DNA from: Octopus vulgaris
Taxonomy: Eukaryota
DNA: 64,000 nucleotides
Direction: 5' to 3'
NCBI GenBank assembly: GCA_951406725.2
Contig: OX597823.1
Location: 73,594,001-73,658,000, forward strand
Shown: positions 1-16,065 of the stretch, piece by piece
Layout of the letters: each line of letters starts with the position of its first letter
Numbering within the stretch: the first letter of the stretch is position 1
Position numbers and translations under genes: made by a program
Notes under the pieces: model-generated
What the model saw: the letters and a program-made list of their open reading frames with translations, nothing else
Told to the model about the DNA's origin: nothing
The model's database searches: none

Positions 1-50
1 ATGTCTTTATGTCTTTATATATATACGTACATATATCTATGTATAAATAA

Positions 51-90
<40 letters not shown>

Positions 91-225
91 TTTAAAACGG
101 TCTGTCCATGTAAATAATACTTTTGATCTGATTCAAACCAATTCCACTCAAAGCAGTTGAACTTATTACCTTCATACAAACTCATATACATATTCACATA
201 TGTATATGTGCATGCATTATGTGTA

Positions 226-270
<45 letters not shown>

Positions 271-281
271 ACGCACACGTG

Positions 282-325
<44 letters not shown>

Positions 326-355
326 CATACATACATACATACATACATACATACA

Positions 356-387
<32 letters not shown>

Positions 388-1071
388 ACACACAGCACAC
401 AAATTTAGAATAGTCACTTTATGTGAATGCTAATTTCAGTATCATTCCACTCAATGTCACACGAAGTCTTTGAATTCATTGTCATCAAATTTAACTTACT
501 TGTACACCTGTCACACTCAACGTCGTACCTGCTTTATATCTGCCTTTAATATCTTTTTCTTTTATATTCTGTAAAATCCTTACATGACCGACCGATGTCT
601 GTGAGTAGGTTGGTTATATATGCTGTAATTTTTGTACAGCAAAAAGTATCCTTAGCAGAGAACCTAATGAATATTTTCGTGTGGTTTTGACTTGTAAAGT
701 TAATAAATATCAACTCAGGGAAGCTTTCCATATATTACTCTCTACATTTTGTGAGAATGGGTGTGAAGCAAAAGATCTTCGGGCGCATTTTTAGGAGAAG
801 TAGGATCTAAAGCTCGAGTAAGCAGCTTGGTATCAGCTTGGCTTGTTACTACGAAAATAGGTGTGACTGTGTCTGTGGCTTACGACTGGCCGAAATTACC
901 CAAAATTTGCAAACTTTAAAAAGCTATTAACTCTTTATTCATTGATTTACAGCGAAAATGAATTTCATACCAAAGGTTACTTTACAAAACTACATCATTA
1001 CACCAAATATGAATTCATTTGACACAAAAATTGAAGGAACTGAAAAGTGGCAGCCAAACAGAAAAGATCCT

Positions 1072-1345
1072 GAAACTGAAAGAAGCCTGTCATATGTGTC
1101 AGTGAGAGAGTGTGTGTGCGGCTGTGCGTGTGTGTGTGTGTGTCTTTGTGTATGCGTTTGTCCCCTACTACTGCTTGACATGTTATGTTTACATTCCCAT
1201 AACCTAGTAGTTCGGCAAAAGAGACTGATAGAATAAGTACCAGGCCTTACGGAAAATATAAGTACTGGGGTCGATAAATTCGACTAAAATTCAAGGTGGT
1301 GCCCCAGCTGGCTGCAGGCTAATGACTGAAGCTAGTAAAAGAAAG
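1072..1345 (+). mobile_element. SINE family A, 3' half
   Basis: gaaactgaaagaagcc..(GT)n..ttcggcaaaagagactgatagaataagtacc..aatgactgaa matches 33845-34190. Confidence 0.75.
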
Positions 1346-2514
1346 ATGAAAAAAGATGAGAGTGTGTATGTTTCTGCGTGTGCGTATTTGTGCGTGTGCG
1401 TGCGTGTGTACACATAGATACATTTCGTGTGTGTTATGTATGTGTATATACACACATTTTGCGTCTGTCCGTGTTTATGTGTTTATACGCACACACAACC
1501 ACACAATACAGACATCTCTGCAAACTTACACGAAAAATTATGGATGCTATATTTATATTCAAACACTATTTTAAAAAGTCAACACTTAGACAGCGTTAAA
1601 AATACCATCGCTACTTGTTGGAAAGAAAAAAAACTGAAGCTAAGGGTCAAAAGTTCAATTCTAGCGGTTGTCACCATTAACAAACACAGATCCGATTACC
1701 TTTACCGAATATAAAATGTCAGTAATATATGCCAACATCAACCATTTCATCTTAAAATAATGCTATGTTAAAAATAAACGTTGAATGGCCTGGAAAAGTT
1801 AGTGTTTCAAACAAACTATAAAATTCTCAGAAACAGCTGAGAAAATCCCCAATGAGAAATGAAAAATAGAACATAGTGATGTTCTTAATTTAACATAGTT
1901 AAAATTGTGTTCTTTCTGTTTCACTTTCACTATCAATATATCTATCCATGCATGTGTGTGCAGGCATTATGAATATGTGTGTGTGTGAGTATATATACAA
2001 GTGTGTGTATAAATATAGATAAATATATATATATATATACACGCACACACATGCATGCATTTTTCTTCTTTCCTCTCACTTTACAAGAGGTAAGACCTAC
2101 TTTTTTCCTGTCTCTTGTCATAGCTCCTTTCTCCAGCATTCACTACTTCATCCCGTTATGGCTTAACAACCCTCACCGTTTGTTTTTATTCTTTTGTGTT
2201 CTTACTGTCCTGTTTTTGTTACCACTTTAACCCTCAGCAAAAATCCCAAATTTTATTTAATTTCCTTTACGGGAAGTACTGTTTTAAAGAAGTCGCGTCT
2301 TGTCCCAACCGTCGAAACGCAGAGTAGCTAAACCAGGGGATAACTGATGAAGGGATTGTTCTTTATGTTACCTGTCTTGTTTCTCTATTGGTTTCTTTCG
2401 TTGTCCCAAAAAATATTTGTTTTCCATGTTTTTGTTTTTTTATATTCTCGTTAATCATTTTATTCACGTTTTTTGACGCCCTGTGCCTATTTTTGCATGT
2501 ATATATACATATAC

Positions 2515-2545
<31 letters not shown>

Positions 2546-2587
2546 TGTATGTATGTATGTATGTATGTATGTATGTATGTATATATA

Positions 2588-2639
<52 letters not shown>

Positions 2640-2771
2640 ATAAATCTCAGAGCGAGTTATAGGGCACAGAAAGTGTGTCTATAGCCAGCTGGAGGAGGTG
2701 TCCTCCTGGGGCTACAAACCACAGTAGCATCCACCCTTAGGGGTTAGCCATATTCAAATGGCAAATATACG

Positions 2772-2843
<72 letters not shown>

Positions 2844-3239
2844 GGTTATTTGTGGTTATCGTCACTGCATGCCGAAATCTTTAAAAAGATTTTTAATGCA
2901 TCATATAGATGCAATTTTTGACGTTGAATTCGAATTTATTATTCATTTATTCCAGAAAAATTTTGCGAAATGTTACAGGCGTTTAAAGTTCAAATGTTAC
3001 AGGTGTTCAAAGTTTGATAATTTTCATAATTTTCAACCAATCAGAAAACAGCGTTTCGCTGCCTCTTTCATCATCTAACACAGTAGCGAGAAAGCGGGAT
3101 GGACACCGGCATGTCAAAGCATTAAACGAGTGAATATAAATACAGCATCCATAATTATTAGTTTAAGTTTACAGAGATTTCTGTCGTGTTTGGTTGTGTG
3201 TGCGTATAAACACATGAACACGAACAGACACAAAATGCG

Positions 3240-3282
<43 letters not shown>

Positions 3283-3284
<2 letters not shown>

Positions 3285-3582
3285 AGGCGCAATGGCTCAG
3301 TGGTTAGGGCAGTGGACTCGCGGTCGTAGGATCGCGGTTTCGATTCCCAGACCAGGCGTTGTGTGTGTTTATTGAGCGAAAACACCTAAAAAGCTCCACG
3401 ACGCACCGGCAGGAGGGTGGTGATCCCTGCTGTAATCTTTCACCACTCTTTCTCTCACTCTTTCGTCTGTTGGCCTGCTCGCTTAGCCAGCGGGGTGGCG
3501 TCATTCGAAGGCTAAAACAATGCAAAACGCATTGTGACCAGCGATGTGTAGCAACATCTGATGGTCTGGTCGGTCACGTAAT

Positions 3583-3590
<8 letters not shown>
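3283..3590 (+). mobile_element. tRNA-derived SINE family C
   Basis: A box tggctcagtgg, B-box-like gtttcgattccc; second partial copy on the minus strand at 41262-41437; sits between (GT)n and (TA)n. Confidence 0.75.
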
Positions 3591-3639
<49 letters not shown>

Positions 3640-5079
3640 TACATAACACACACTAAATATATCTATGTATACACGCACAAACACACACACTCATCTTTTT
3701 TTATCTTTCTTTTACTCGCTTCAGGCTTTAGCCTGCAGCCAGCTGGGGCACCACCTTGAATTAATTAAACAGTGAAAAATATTAAAAGATTCACGAGCAC
3801 AACTGAATATTTAAAAGCCACGAGCAAACCAACGGGAGTTGCTAGAAATAACAGTCAGAACATTGCTTAAAACAGACATTTATTAGTTTAAAAATCTCGA
3901 GAACTCTAGGACTATATAAAATAAATTATCTTTCTCAATTCTCCTCAATATAAATCCACAAAGATAAGGGTCAAACATGGAACAGTGTATCCCAACTGAC
4001 GTTTGTTTCGACGCATCAAAGATACCCAGGTACTTTCACTTTAAATATAGAACTGTATTAATCATCTCTTAAATATAAAACTGTATTACCTTCAGTTTGT
4101 TGATTACACTCAGTTTGGTGGTTACAATCCTTGTGCGTATGCGCAGCATCTTTCGTTGCTATGGAAATAGAGTTCATTTCAATCAGCTATGGAATACGTG
4201 GTGCTTCTTTATTTAATATACTAACAGAACTTCACGTTGATGTGTAAAGTACTAGCTTCTGATTGGTTAAAATACCCAAATTTTGCAAATTTTAAAGGCT
4301 AATAACTTTTTAATTATGAATTTCATAATTAGTATACATAATTTCATAATTTCATAATTTCATAATTAGTATACATAATTAGTATCTTCATAATTAGTAT
4401 ACAAAACTTAATCCATATACCAAATTGGAACAAAATTGTTGACAGTGACGATAACCATAAAGATGTTATGTGTGTGTGGGGGGTATATATATCGTTGCTA
4501 TTATGTCAAACTGTCGTATGTCCATATTTGGCCAAATGCGGTTTTTTTTCAGTATTTATCTTTGCTTGCAATAGCCGGTTCTTTTGGTCAAACTGTCATA
4601 TCTCCAGCTGCTTCTGGTGCCAAAATATCAAAAATTGTTAATGTGTAGTCCAACAGTTTTGCTATGGACTGGTGAAATTATTTGTTCGCTTTCTAAAAAA
4701 GCAACGTTTTGGACTTACAACACTTTTGCAAAATAGCAACGATATATAAAAGACAGACGGGAAGAGGCAGAGATCAGATGTCAAAGACGCAGAGAACAAC
4801 TCGCTCTATCTTGTCCCCCGCCAACCCTACCCTGTGATAAATGCCCCCGGCTCTTCTATACTGCCCTTGACCTGAACAGCCACCTCCATCCTCCAGGATG
4901 AAGAGGCTCAATCGCTCGCTACAAGCTAACTAATCGGATACGAGTCAATGCCGACGACGACAACGACGATAGATAGATAGATAATGATTATAAAAATGAA
5001 TAAGCAAGTATAACGAAAATACTTTTTGTGCAAAGTCATTTGCTAGATATCTCAATAAAACTGAAAAATCTCGTTCGGA

Positions 5080-5300
5080 GTAATAATCCTTTCTATTAAA
5101 GGTACAAGACCTGAAATTCTGTAAGGTATGGCGCGGTGCTGGTCGAGTTCATCGACCCCAGTACTCAACTGGCTCTTATTTCATCGACCCCGAAAGAATG
5201 AAAAGTGAAGTTGACATCGGCGGAATTTGAACTCAAAACATAGAGACAGACGACACGCTGCTAAGCATTTTGTCCGGAGAGCAAACGACTCTGCCTGCTC
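5080..5300 (-). mobile_element. SINE family B, tail type 2, diverged
   Basis: taataatcctttcta..acaagacctgaaatt..atcgaccccgaaag..ggcggaatttgaactc. Confidence 0.65.
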
Positions 5301-6211
5301 TTCGTCTTCTGTTTTTGAGTAATGACATAACAAAGTATAATGATATAGCGCAGCTAAAACCAAGAAACACTCGAAAAAATCTCAGGTTACATATTGCAAT
5401 AAATTTTTTTCCATAGCTTTTCCGGTTACGATCATGTTTCTGGAATGGTCATAGAAGTATACAGATATTTATACTTTCATCACATATGCGATACTGAAGC
5501 GAATTGTAGAAACATTTTACTGTTTATATATTCACCGTTGTGTTGAAACCGATGAAATACTGAAGCATCGGAACATCAGTAACGTAATTATACTCGGTTT
5601 AATTTGTAAAAAAGATTTAGAAGTGTGTTCGAGTGAACTAAATTAATGTTGAAAATAAAGTTCAAAATCATCTTACTGAATTACTAGAAGCCGAAGTTTC
5701 TTCTGTTGTATCTCTGAGTTTCCCGTCGGTGATTATTCAAAAAGCGTAACAATATCTTAACAAAAATATTCGGAAACACATCGAACTACCAAGATTTGAT
5801 TAGTAACCGAAAACAATTAAAAATGTGTCATACACCCATCTTGTTCTTTATCATACGTAGATATATCATCTATTCATTTTAAGAAATTGATTTTATTTCC
5901 ATATTTTCAGTATCACGTGTGTAGCAGATCCATTATGTGGTAAATAAACTGTTTTAGTCAATTGGTAGTTGAGAATCCCTCAATAAACATCGAGAGAAGG
6001 ATCTACAAGAATGCATCATTTCCGATCTTTTGTTTAAAATTACAAGATTCGGTAATAGCATGTTTTATTTCTTTGAGAGAGAAAAACACAGCTTCTAGAG
6101 TTGTTAATGTAGAGGGATGTCTGTTCTATCGATTAAAAAATATTTTATGTACTCTAGGTACAATGCCCGAATTTTTTGGGCCAGTTGATTAGATCAAAGT
6201 CAGCACGCAAA

Positions 6212-6500
6212 TTTATCGACCCTGAAAGGGTGAAAAGCAAAGTCGACCTCGGCGGAATTTGAACTCAGAACGTATCGGCAGACGAAATACCTATTTCTTT
6301 ACTACCCACAAGGGGCTAAACACAGAGAGGGACAAACAAGGACAGACAATGATATTAAGTCGATTACATCGACCCCAGTTCGTAACTGGTACTTAATTTA
6401 TCGACCCCGAAAGGATGAAAGGCAAAGTCGATCCCGGTGGAATTTGAACTCAGAACGTAACAACTGACGAAATACCGCTAAGCATTTCGCCCGGCGTGGT
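6212..6500 (-). mobile_element. SINE family B, self-tandem dimer
   Basis: aatttatcgaccc..ggaatttgaactcagaacgta..gacgaaatacc occurs twice. Confidence 0.8.
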
Positions 6501-6766
6501 AAATTCTCGATATATTTGGATAGTGACGTAGTAAGATAACTTTCTGTGTGTGTCTGGATGCATAAATTTGGCACAATCTTTTAAAAGTGATTTTTTATAA
6601 GCCCTAGATTGTTTGTTTATTTTTTTCACTGATATTAGCAAGAAAAATGTTACGCAGGTTTTCCAATCCATTGGAAGAACACATATAATTGAGAAAGCAG
6701 ATTAGGATTCCTGAAATTACATAAAGTGCTAACAGCTTTGCGTGTTCGCAATGAAAAGTTTATATA

Positions 6767-6803
<37 letters not shown>

Positions 6804-9378
6804 TGGCTATGTAAGCTGCCATTATTTTGATGTTTCTGTAATTCATCTTAATGCTATTTCTTTTAAAGATACTATGAGATCTATGATACTGTGAGAAAAT
6901 GCTTATTTTAAAGTTTTTTTCTGTTGTGGTAATCGAATAAATTGCGTGATATGCTTTCCAGCCGATTCTTATTTCGATAAGCAATCAAATTTCGCCCACA
7001 AGACATAGTTCGTGTTTCTTTTTTTCTTTTCTTTTTTTTTTTTTTTTTTTTTTTTGTTTTGCTTACTTCCCAACTTCAATCTTTTGAATAATCTGTATCG
7101 TGAAACTTAGATTTAGGAACCAAGAATCTTTAAATGCTAATAAAATATACACTATTTCATGCATTGAGTACTTCGTCTGTAAACACAAACGTTCGCTAAT
7201 CTTTCTCTCACGTAATCTCTTTCTCTCTCTCTCACATAATCTCTCTCTCTCTCTCCCTCTCACTTTCTATCTCTCTTACTCTCGCACCCGCTTTCTATTT
7301 CTATATGTGTGTTTGTGTATGCGTGTTTGCATTTGTCAAACTGCATGAATTCGAAAAAATGCTGGACCAGATAAGCAACACAACAAAGCCATGTAATGAA
7401 CAATTAATTATATATTTATCTTAATCTAGTTACCTCTTTCGCTCTCTTTTTTTTTTCTTGGTCGTATTTTTTCTTCTTAGCCTTCTTATTATGCTTCTGT
7501 TCTTCTTTCTTCACGACTACTTCCTCTACTAATACCACCACCACCACCACAACTACTACTACTACTACTACTACTTTTTCCTTCTTTTTTTTTCTTGTTT
7601 TATTAATGAGTGTGTTTAATGCCCGTTAAGTAAGTATATGTGCAAGAGACGAGGTTTCTTTTGCTGTGTGTCATCTCCGTTCGTTCTAGCGAGGATCTGC
7701 TAGCATTTTTGCTTTTTACATGTGCATCAATATCTAATGTATTTATCTAATGTATTTTTTGAATTCTCTTACATGTAACTTTGTGTGTGTCTGTGTGTGT
7801 ACATACTATCCTACGTGCTTGAATGTATATGCGTTATAGGAAAAAATATCTATCTCTGTTCGCGTATATCTTTGTACATAGCTTCGTCGTAGTTTTATTA
7901 CGTTGCATGTAAGCTTTCGACTACTTTTTGTGAGCGCTCGTTCACATCTGTGAGTATGTGCATGTGTGCACATGCGTGCGTGTGTAGTTGTGTAAAGAGG
8001 ACTATATATATGTATATATGTGTACTGAACTTCTTTTTTTTTTTTTTTCGTTTCCTGTTCGTTTTCGTATTATTTTTTGTCTTGCATTGCTCGCTGTCTC
8101 TTTTCTTTTCTTTTCTTTTCTTTCTTTTTTTCCAGTTTTACAAGAACTGAAAATAACAAAAACAAAAACAAAAACTGAAGCGACTTTTATTTTCCAAGAT
8201 GTCGCGTGTTGGTTCAGTACGTAAAAATACCGAGTAATAAATTGTTTAAATTGAGTGCTTCTATGTGGGGAGACATGTACAGGTCGTAAACCTAAGAATG
8301 TACTGTGCTGTCTGTCAAAACATTCGTTGTCGATATTGTTGTTCTTATTGTTTAGCTGTAGGTCAACCATTATCCAGTAGACCTCAGTGATCTTAAAGCA
8401 TTCCAGCTATAACCATTCCACTATTTTATTTTTCTTCAGACACAATATACTCCAATGTCTACATTTTTCTTTTTTTTAAGACAGTACCCTGTTATTTAAG
8501 AGATATTTTGGTTGCTATTTCTAGTTTGTCAAACGATCAGATTATTTCTCCCTCGCTGACGCTTCAAAACCTTTGTGTTTCATTATTCATGCCCTACAGT
8601 GTGGTTAAATTCAATAAAGATCTTAGTTCATACAACAGTGTAAAGTAATTACTCCAAGTTTGTTGTAGCTGCTGAGGTAGTCGTTGTCGTCGTCGTCATT
8701 GCTGGTGGTGGTGGTGGTGGTGGTGGTTGTGGTTGTGGTTGTGGTGGTGGTTTTAGCAAAGAAGTTGAAGTGGTAGGGGTCGGGGTCGAGGAAAGTGGAG
8801 TAATACTGAATATGAACGATGTTATTCTTGTTCTTGTTCTTATTAGTGCTCGTCTTTTAAAGTAATTATCAGTCAAAATTGGGCGTATTCAAAATCTCAG
8901 GTAATTGCTGTAATTTAGATGATTTATAAGAAATACGTAAATGTATTTTGGTTATGTTGAATGCACAAAATATACCTTTGTTATTTTGGTTAATTTCCAA
9001 AGCCTTCGGGACAATTGGTAAGGTTCTGATACTGAAATAAATACCACTATACTATATTCAGCACAAAGTTCAGAGTATGTCAGACATTCCACAGCGTAAA
9101 CCAAATATGTATGGATGTACTAAATAATGTCCGCAAAAAATTCTGAATGAATTGAAATTTTCCTTTTAATTGTAGAAATAAAACAAAATTTTTTATCATC
9201 CATAGTTGGTGAATCACAAAGAAAAGAAGAAATAACTTCAAAAAATTAAGAACTATTTCTGCTTACAAAATCGGATTAACTCTTAAGCGTGAATTTTTTT
9301 TTAATACTTAATTTATTGAAATTATCTCCCCCTAACGAATGCAGGTAGGTTTTCGCCACCTTCCTCTCTCTCTCTCTA

Positions 9379-9418
<40 letters not shown>

Positions 9419-11285
9419 ACATTCTTTCTCTTTCACTCTCTCTCTCACTCTCTCCCTCACTCGTTCTATCTATCTCTATCACTTTCGCACGCACTCTTTC
9501 TGTCTCTTACTCTCTCTTTGTCTCTCTCTCTCTCTCTCTCACCATCTATCTATTTATTTCTGTCTCTCTTTCTCTTTCGTGAGCGCTCTTTCTCTCTCCT
9601 CTCCCTTTCGTATGCGTTCCTTCTCTCACTCTCTCTCTCTCTCTCGCTCGTTCACTCTCTCTCGCTCGTTCACTCTCTCTCTCTCACGCGCGCGCACGCG
9701 ATGCTCTCTCTTTCTCTAGCTAAAAGGAAAAATTCAATTCATTAAGAATTTCTTGCATCAGTACACGCAAACATACGCGTTTTATCACAACCCATGTCCC
9801 TGGGTTATTTGAATTACAACCCTTAGCTCAAATTGCTTTTTTTTTTTTTGCTTTTTTTTGTTTTAATGGAAACCATTTGTTCTAAAGTACTTTACAGCTG
9901 CTACAATGTCATACCTAGGAAGGAATTTATATCCGGCAGCAAAATTACTTCATCTTCAAATATAGTCCAAATGCAAATAAAATAAGACAACCACCAATCC
10001 ACCTCCTACACACATGTGCATGCTCAAAATTCAGAATTATTTTTGCGGACTTTATTTAGCACATCCATACATATTTGGTTTACACTATGGACTCTCAGAC
10101 ATACTCTGAATTTAGCTGAATATAGTACAGTGCATTTTTTTTTTCAGGATCAGAACCATATCAATTATACCGTCTGAATCAAACCATAAATGTCTAATTC
10201 AAATTAAACTGGTACAGAACTCTTACATATACACGAAGGCATATTTTTAAAAATCAAATATATGGTGACCTATATACAAGATAAAAAGCAAGCCTTGACC
10301 ACAACCCACACACAAACGAACACTCCTGAGGATCTGTAATTCAAATGCGATATGATCTCCAATGAATCTTTAATTATCTTAACAGAGAATATCGATAAGC
10401 TATATCAGTCACCGATCCCATATAGAACTTTTCTGACCTAAATAAAATTCCAAATCATTAGTAAAAGCTCCAACCATAAACAAACACAACACCAACTGTT
10501 CGATAAACAAGCCAAAACAAGCCCAGACAACAACGCCCGCGTGCACATACATGAGCGATTACACACACATAAAATATATAATTCAGAACACATATACCAC
10601 ACCTTAACAAACAAAGGTGTTTAATTAATTTAACCAGCCATCTCAACAAGCTTTACCAAAATACTATTCTTTCCCGACTAAAACAAAATTCTAAATAAAT
10701 ATACTCAGAAAGGTCACTAAACCATGACATACCACTGAAAATATTAGAAATTCCAACATATCTAGAAAAAAGTTCTTAGTGAATTTTACAATTATATTTT
10801 TTTTGCAAACAAACTAATCAATCAAATCAATCAAGCCTACAACTTTACCTAGAAAACCATCCTAATAATATTTGTAAATATGATATGATACACACCAAAA
10901 CAAAATTTAACAAACAGCATACCGAAACGAACTCGATTAAAAAACATAAAAAAACACCATTAATTAGATTCTGCAGTAACAAAATTTAAAAAACACATCC
11001 TTATCGATACCTACAAGGAATGTAAACACCGTGCCACAAAAATAACTAATAACCGAAAGCAAAAAATAACGGTCAACCAGTAAAAGCAGAAAACAAATTA
11101 ATGAATTGATACAAGCAAGAAACTATGCTCACAGCGCATTTAGATGTATCATCAAACTTAGTTGTTACAGTTCTCACCTGAAGATCGAAGTAGCGTGAAA
11201 CTCGAGATGCAAGATAAACACTCCGTTTCAGGAAACTATATGTGTGCATGTGTGCGTGAGTGTACACAGATACACGCCCACACTA

Positions 11286-11375
<90 letters not shown>

Positions 11376-11647
11376 GATTGGCAACTAATGAAAGTTCTCA
11401 TTTTATATTAATTGTACGAGGAGTCAGTGAGTTAGTTGGAAAATTTTTATATAAGGATGGTAGTGTGTTACAACTCTTATATTATGGAAGTAAAGCTGAA
11501 TTCCATCCTTCTGTCCGTCACAGCATATATCTAAAAAGAGGGAAGAATGGGAGACAAAAGTTGTTGTTGAAAGAGAAATATACTGTGAGAGAGAGTTGGG
11601 GAGAAAAGACAGGCAGACAGTCAGCCAGACTGACTGAATGAATGACT

Positions 11648-11678
<31 letters not shown>

Positions 11679-11685
11679 TGACAGG

Positions 11686-11764
<79 letters not shown>

Positions 11765-13099
11765 GAAGTGTTGTCACCATAGTAACTTACAAGTTTTGAT
11801 TAAAAGCCCAGGAATTTTAAGTGCAAGTCTGTCAACATAACGCAACACGATTTCACTATATAACAATCTGAGACTTTCACTATAATGACAGGTTGTTGTT
11901 GAGTGGGGAGAAGAAATACAGTGAGCGAAATAGTATGGGAAAAATAGAATTAAATTTCCTCCTTCTACATATATGTTGTGACGGACAGACAAACGGAGAT
12001 CAGCTTGACTCTTATAATATAAGAATGCTCAAGAGTATTCAAACTGTTATTAATCGTCACAAGAAAGTTAGCGTAAGTGCATATTTAACAAATATTTCTG
12101 CCGTCAAACATAAGCACCAAATTGTTTGATATTATTTATTCCGTATTATACATGTTGCACTACTTATAGGAGTTACAAAGATATACATGTAGTATAAAAA
12201 ATGTAAGTTATCTCCTAATAGTAATTCATTAGATCCAGAATTAAAATAATACAAATTTGCATTGGATTTGAGCTACAATATATGTAGTTTTTGCTGTAAT
12301 GAGAGTCACGATGCCCCCTTGTAAAAAATAGACTGGTCTGAGCAATTATAAATAGTAGCGGTCGGAGTGAAGTTTGTGATTTAGTTCGCAGTGAAGTTGG
12401 AAGGTGTTGGTTGGTTAGTTCGCTTGAAATATTGATTGTTGGTTCATGAAGAGATTGTTGGATCGCTACGTTGTTATTACGGCTGCATCGTTATCTTGTT
12501 TGCTGTTACTACGCTGGTACAGGGTATCTAAACCATCCGACACAATAATATTGTGACGGTTCCACGACATTTGGAGACGGAGGATACAACAATAGGAGTC
12601 CTATAGATAGAAAGATATATAGAGAAGTAACAGAACTAATATTAATAAAGTGTGTCAGAGCTAGAAATACGTAGTTCTACACACACGCACGCACCCCACC
12701 CCCAGATATACATATATACATGTATGTACACACACACACACACATATATATATATAATTTTAATCCAAACGGGAAAACAAAAAAACAACAACAGTGGAAC
12801 AATTACAGTATTATTATTAATAGGCGCTCAGGAAATATGGAAGCACATATACAAACATATATGTATGTGCACACACATATACAAACATATATGCACACAC
12901 ATATACAAACATATATGTATGTGCATAAATTATACATGCATATACATGCATATTGCTACACATACTTATAGACTTACGTAAGCCAGCGAACACGTTTAAA
13001 ATATAATTACTCTTGATGTTGAAAGGTCAAAGATATTTTCATTTCTCTATGACAGAAACGGAAAACTATAGCTGTTAGGCAAGACACGTGTTGAGAGTT

Positions 13100-13149
<50 letters not shown>

Positions 13150-13716
13150 TAGCAGTATCGCCCTAACTACTTGATAAATTCTTATGAAGATTTTATCCCA
13201 TTTTTAAATTATTATTTTAACTGGAGTATATTCAATACTGAATTTTTATTCCGAATAAGCACGTTGTTACCGAAATACAATTCGAAAAAGCCCGCCATTT
13301 ACATAGATGTATAAGGGGTGAACGGTTCTAGGTACTACGTTGGATACGATGGTTGTTCGTCTGGTATGTTGATTTTGTTCATTCATTATAAATTTTGAAT
13401 TATGCTTGCACTGATGAGTAAAGAGTGCAAAACACTGCACTGATTACGAAATCACAGGTGATCTGCAGCTGAATTCTATTTTTAAATGACTTGCTTCGAG
13501 AGTTGCATTCGGTACGATATGTTTATTTATTTTAGTAGTTTTGACTTTAAGAGTCCCCTCCTAGCGTGTGGCATTTATGTTTAATAATGCCCTCTATATA
13601 ATATAAATAAATATATTTATGTGAAGAAATTGATGGATTTTTTTCTCTTATGAGGTTTTTCACGCTAACTACTTGATAAATTCTTATGACGATTTTAACC
13701 TATTTTTAAATTATAT

Positions 13717-13951
<235 letters not shown>

Positions 13952-14185
13952 TATATAAGTCAGTAAATGGTGGGGTTAATGTTTTTATAGACATAATCTC
14001 ACTCCCTCCATCAAATCAACGTTACCTGTATAGGTGCAATTGGGTGCGTCATGTCAGATGTCGAAATGATCGCAGAGCAACGTGAAATGAAGTGCTTTGC
14101 TCAAGAACACAACGCAACGCCCGGACTGGGAATCGAACCCACGATCTCGCAATCGTGAGTACAACATCTTAACCACTAAGCCATG

Positions 14186-14242
<57 letters not shown>

Positions 14243-14759
14243 ACATATATATATATATGTATGTATATGTATGTGTGTATGCGTGTGTATGTGTGTGTGT
14301 GTGTGTGTGTGTATACACATGCACAAATGTACTAGTTTGACAACGAAAAAGACGGAGTATTCAATACTTGTTTTAAAGTGTATGATTGCTGAGTTTGAAG
14401 CCATTGCAATGGCGTGAAAATCCAGTTGCGAAAAGTAATGCATATGTGTGGACATGCATGTTAGCATGTGCCAGAAAGTGTGTGCGTGTGTGTGTGTGTG
14501 TGTGCGTGTGTGTGTGCGTGTGTGTGTGTTTTGAGCACGTCTCCGCGTGTTTGGTAGAAGTAATCGTCACTCAGTTTAACCCTCGTCACCTTTCCCTTGG
14601 ATGTTTTTAGATGTGTCCATTTTGTTGCAAGTATTTGAACCAGATCTGTGAGAACACCGACGAAATAGCTCCTCTGTGCTACTTTCTACTTTCAGGCTGC
14701 GGTAGGGGACACAGACACAAATACACACATATACACACACACATAGGATCACCAAGCAT

Positions 14760-14982
14760 AGATTGGCATATTTCGGTCATATTATGCGGAGAATATCCCT
14801 GGAGAAAGACATCATGCTCGGAATGGTCAGTGGCAAGAGAGGAAGAGGCCGACCAAGAACCCGCTGGCTTGACACCATCAAGAGGGATACCGGAATGGAC
14901 ATAGCCAATCTGGAAGAAGCGGCCCAGGATAGAACTGGCTGGAGGACACTGATCCAACGAGTGACCGAGAGTCGACATCATT
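14760..14982 (+). mobile_element. RTE-clade LINE 3' fragment
   Basis: YFGHIMRRISLEKDIMLGMVSGKRGRGRPRTRWLDTIK..AAQDRTGWRTLI is the typical RTE/BovB C-terminus. Confidence 0.85.
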
Positions 14983-15689
14983 TATTATTCCAGTTTTCCT
15001 ATCCATTCCTAGTCAGAGAGAGAGTCACCGCAAACGTCGATGGGCATCACCATTTCCCATCTGACTTAAACCATTAAAAATATCTGTAATTATCCAATCA
15101 GATGGCTAGAATATTTATACTTCTTCCAACACAAGGGAGTTATTACTAGTTAATTATTTCTACATAATTTAGGAAAAATATGTTTACTCAACCGAAAAAT
15201 GGCTTTGTTCTTCGTTGCTATTTCTAATACCGCAATTTTAAGCTTTATACAATGTGTGTACATGCGTGTGTGTGTACGTGCACATGTATAAGTGTGCGTA
15301 GGTGCATGTGTGTGTGTTGCGTGTTCATGTGTGTGTGTGTGTGTTGTGTGTGTATGTTTGTGCAATGTATGCATTCGTGTGTGTCGGGGCGCTATAAAGC
15401 GTCACTCAGGCGTGGCAGCATCAGTGTGAAGCTTTGGCTTTTGGCAGGTGTATAAAAATAAACACAGACATGTACCTCTCTTACGTTTATGCACACCAAG
15501 ATAAGCGTAAACACGCGCGCGCGCGCGCATATACATACATACACGCGTACGGACGTGCGGACGTACGTATGTATGTATGTATGCATGCATATATACGCGC
15601 GTGTGTGCTTGTGTGAGTGTGCAATGTATTGGTTGTTTTTTAGAGCTGCCCTGCTGCTTTCCATTAAGAAACTCAGAATTAATCAGAAT

Positions 15690-16065
<376 letters not shown>

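Noticed and set aside
2310-2355. Hammerhead from gaaac..gta..ctgatga (similar motif on the minus strand at 44300-44340)
   Set aside because: Core words are present but I could not pair stems I and II; at most a decayed pLTR remnant.
3283-3360. tRNA genes at the tRNA-like heads (also 17320, 18362 and 59500-59640)
   Set aside because: No complete cloverleaf or terminator; each continues into a multi-copy SINE-like body.
10040-11140. A/C-rich stretch resembling a decayed retroelement ORF
   Set aside because: Too many stops and no diagnostic motif I could confirm.
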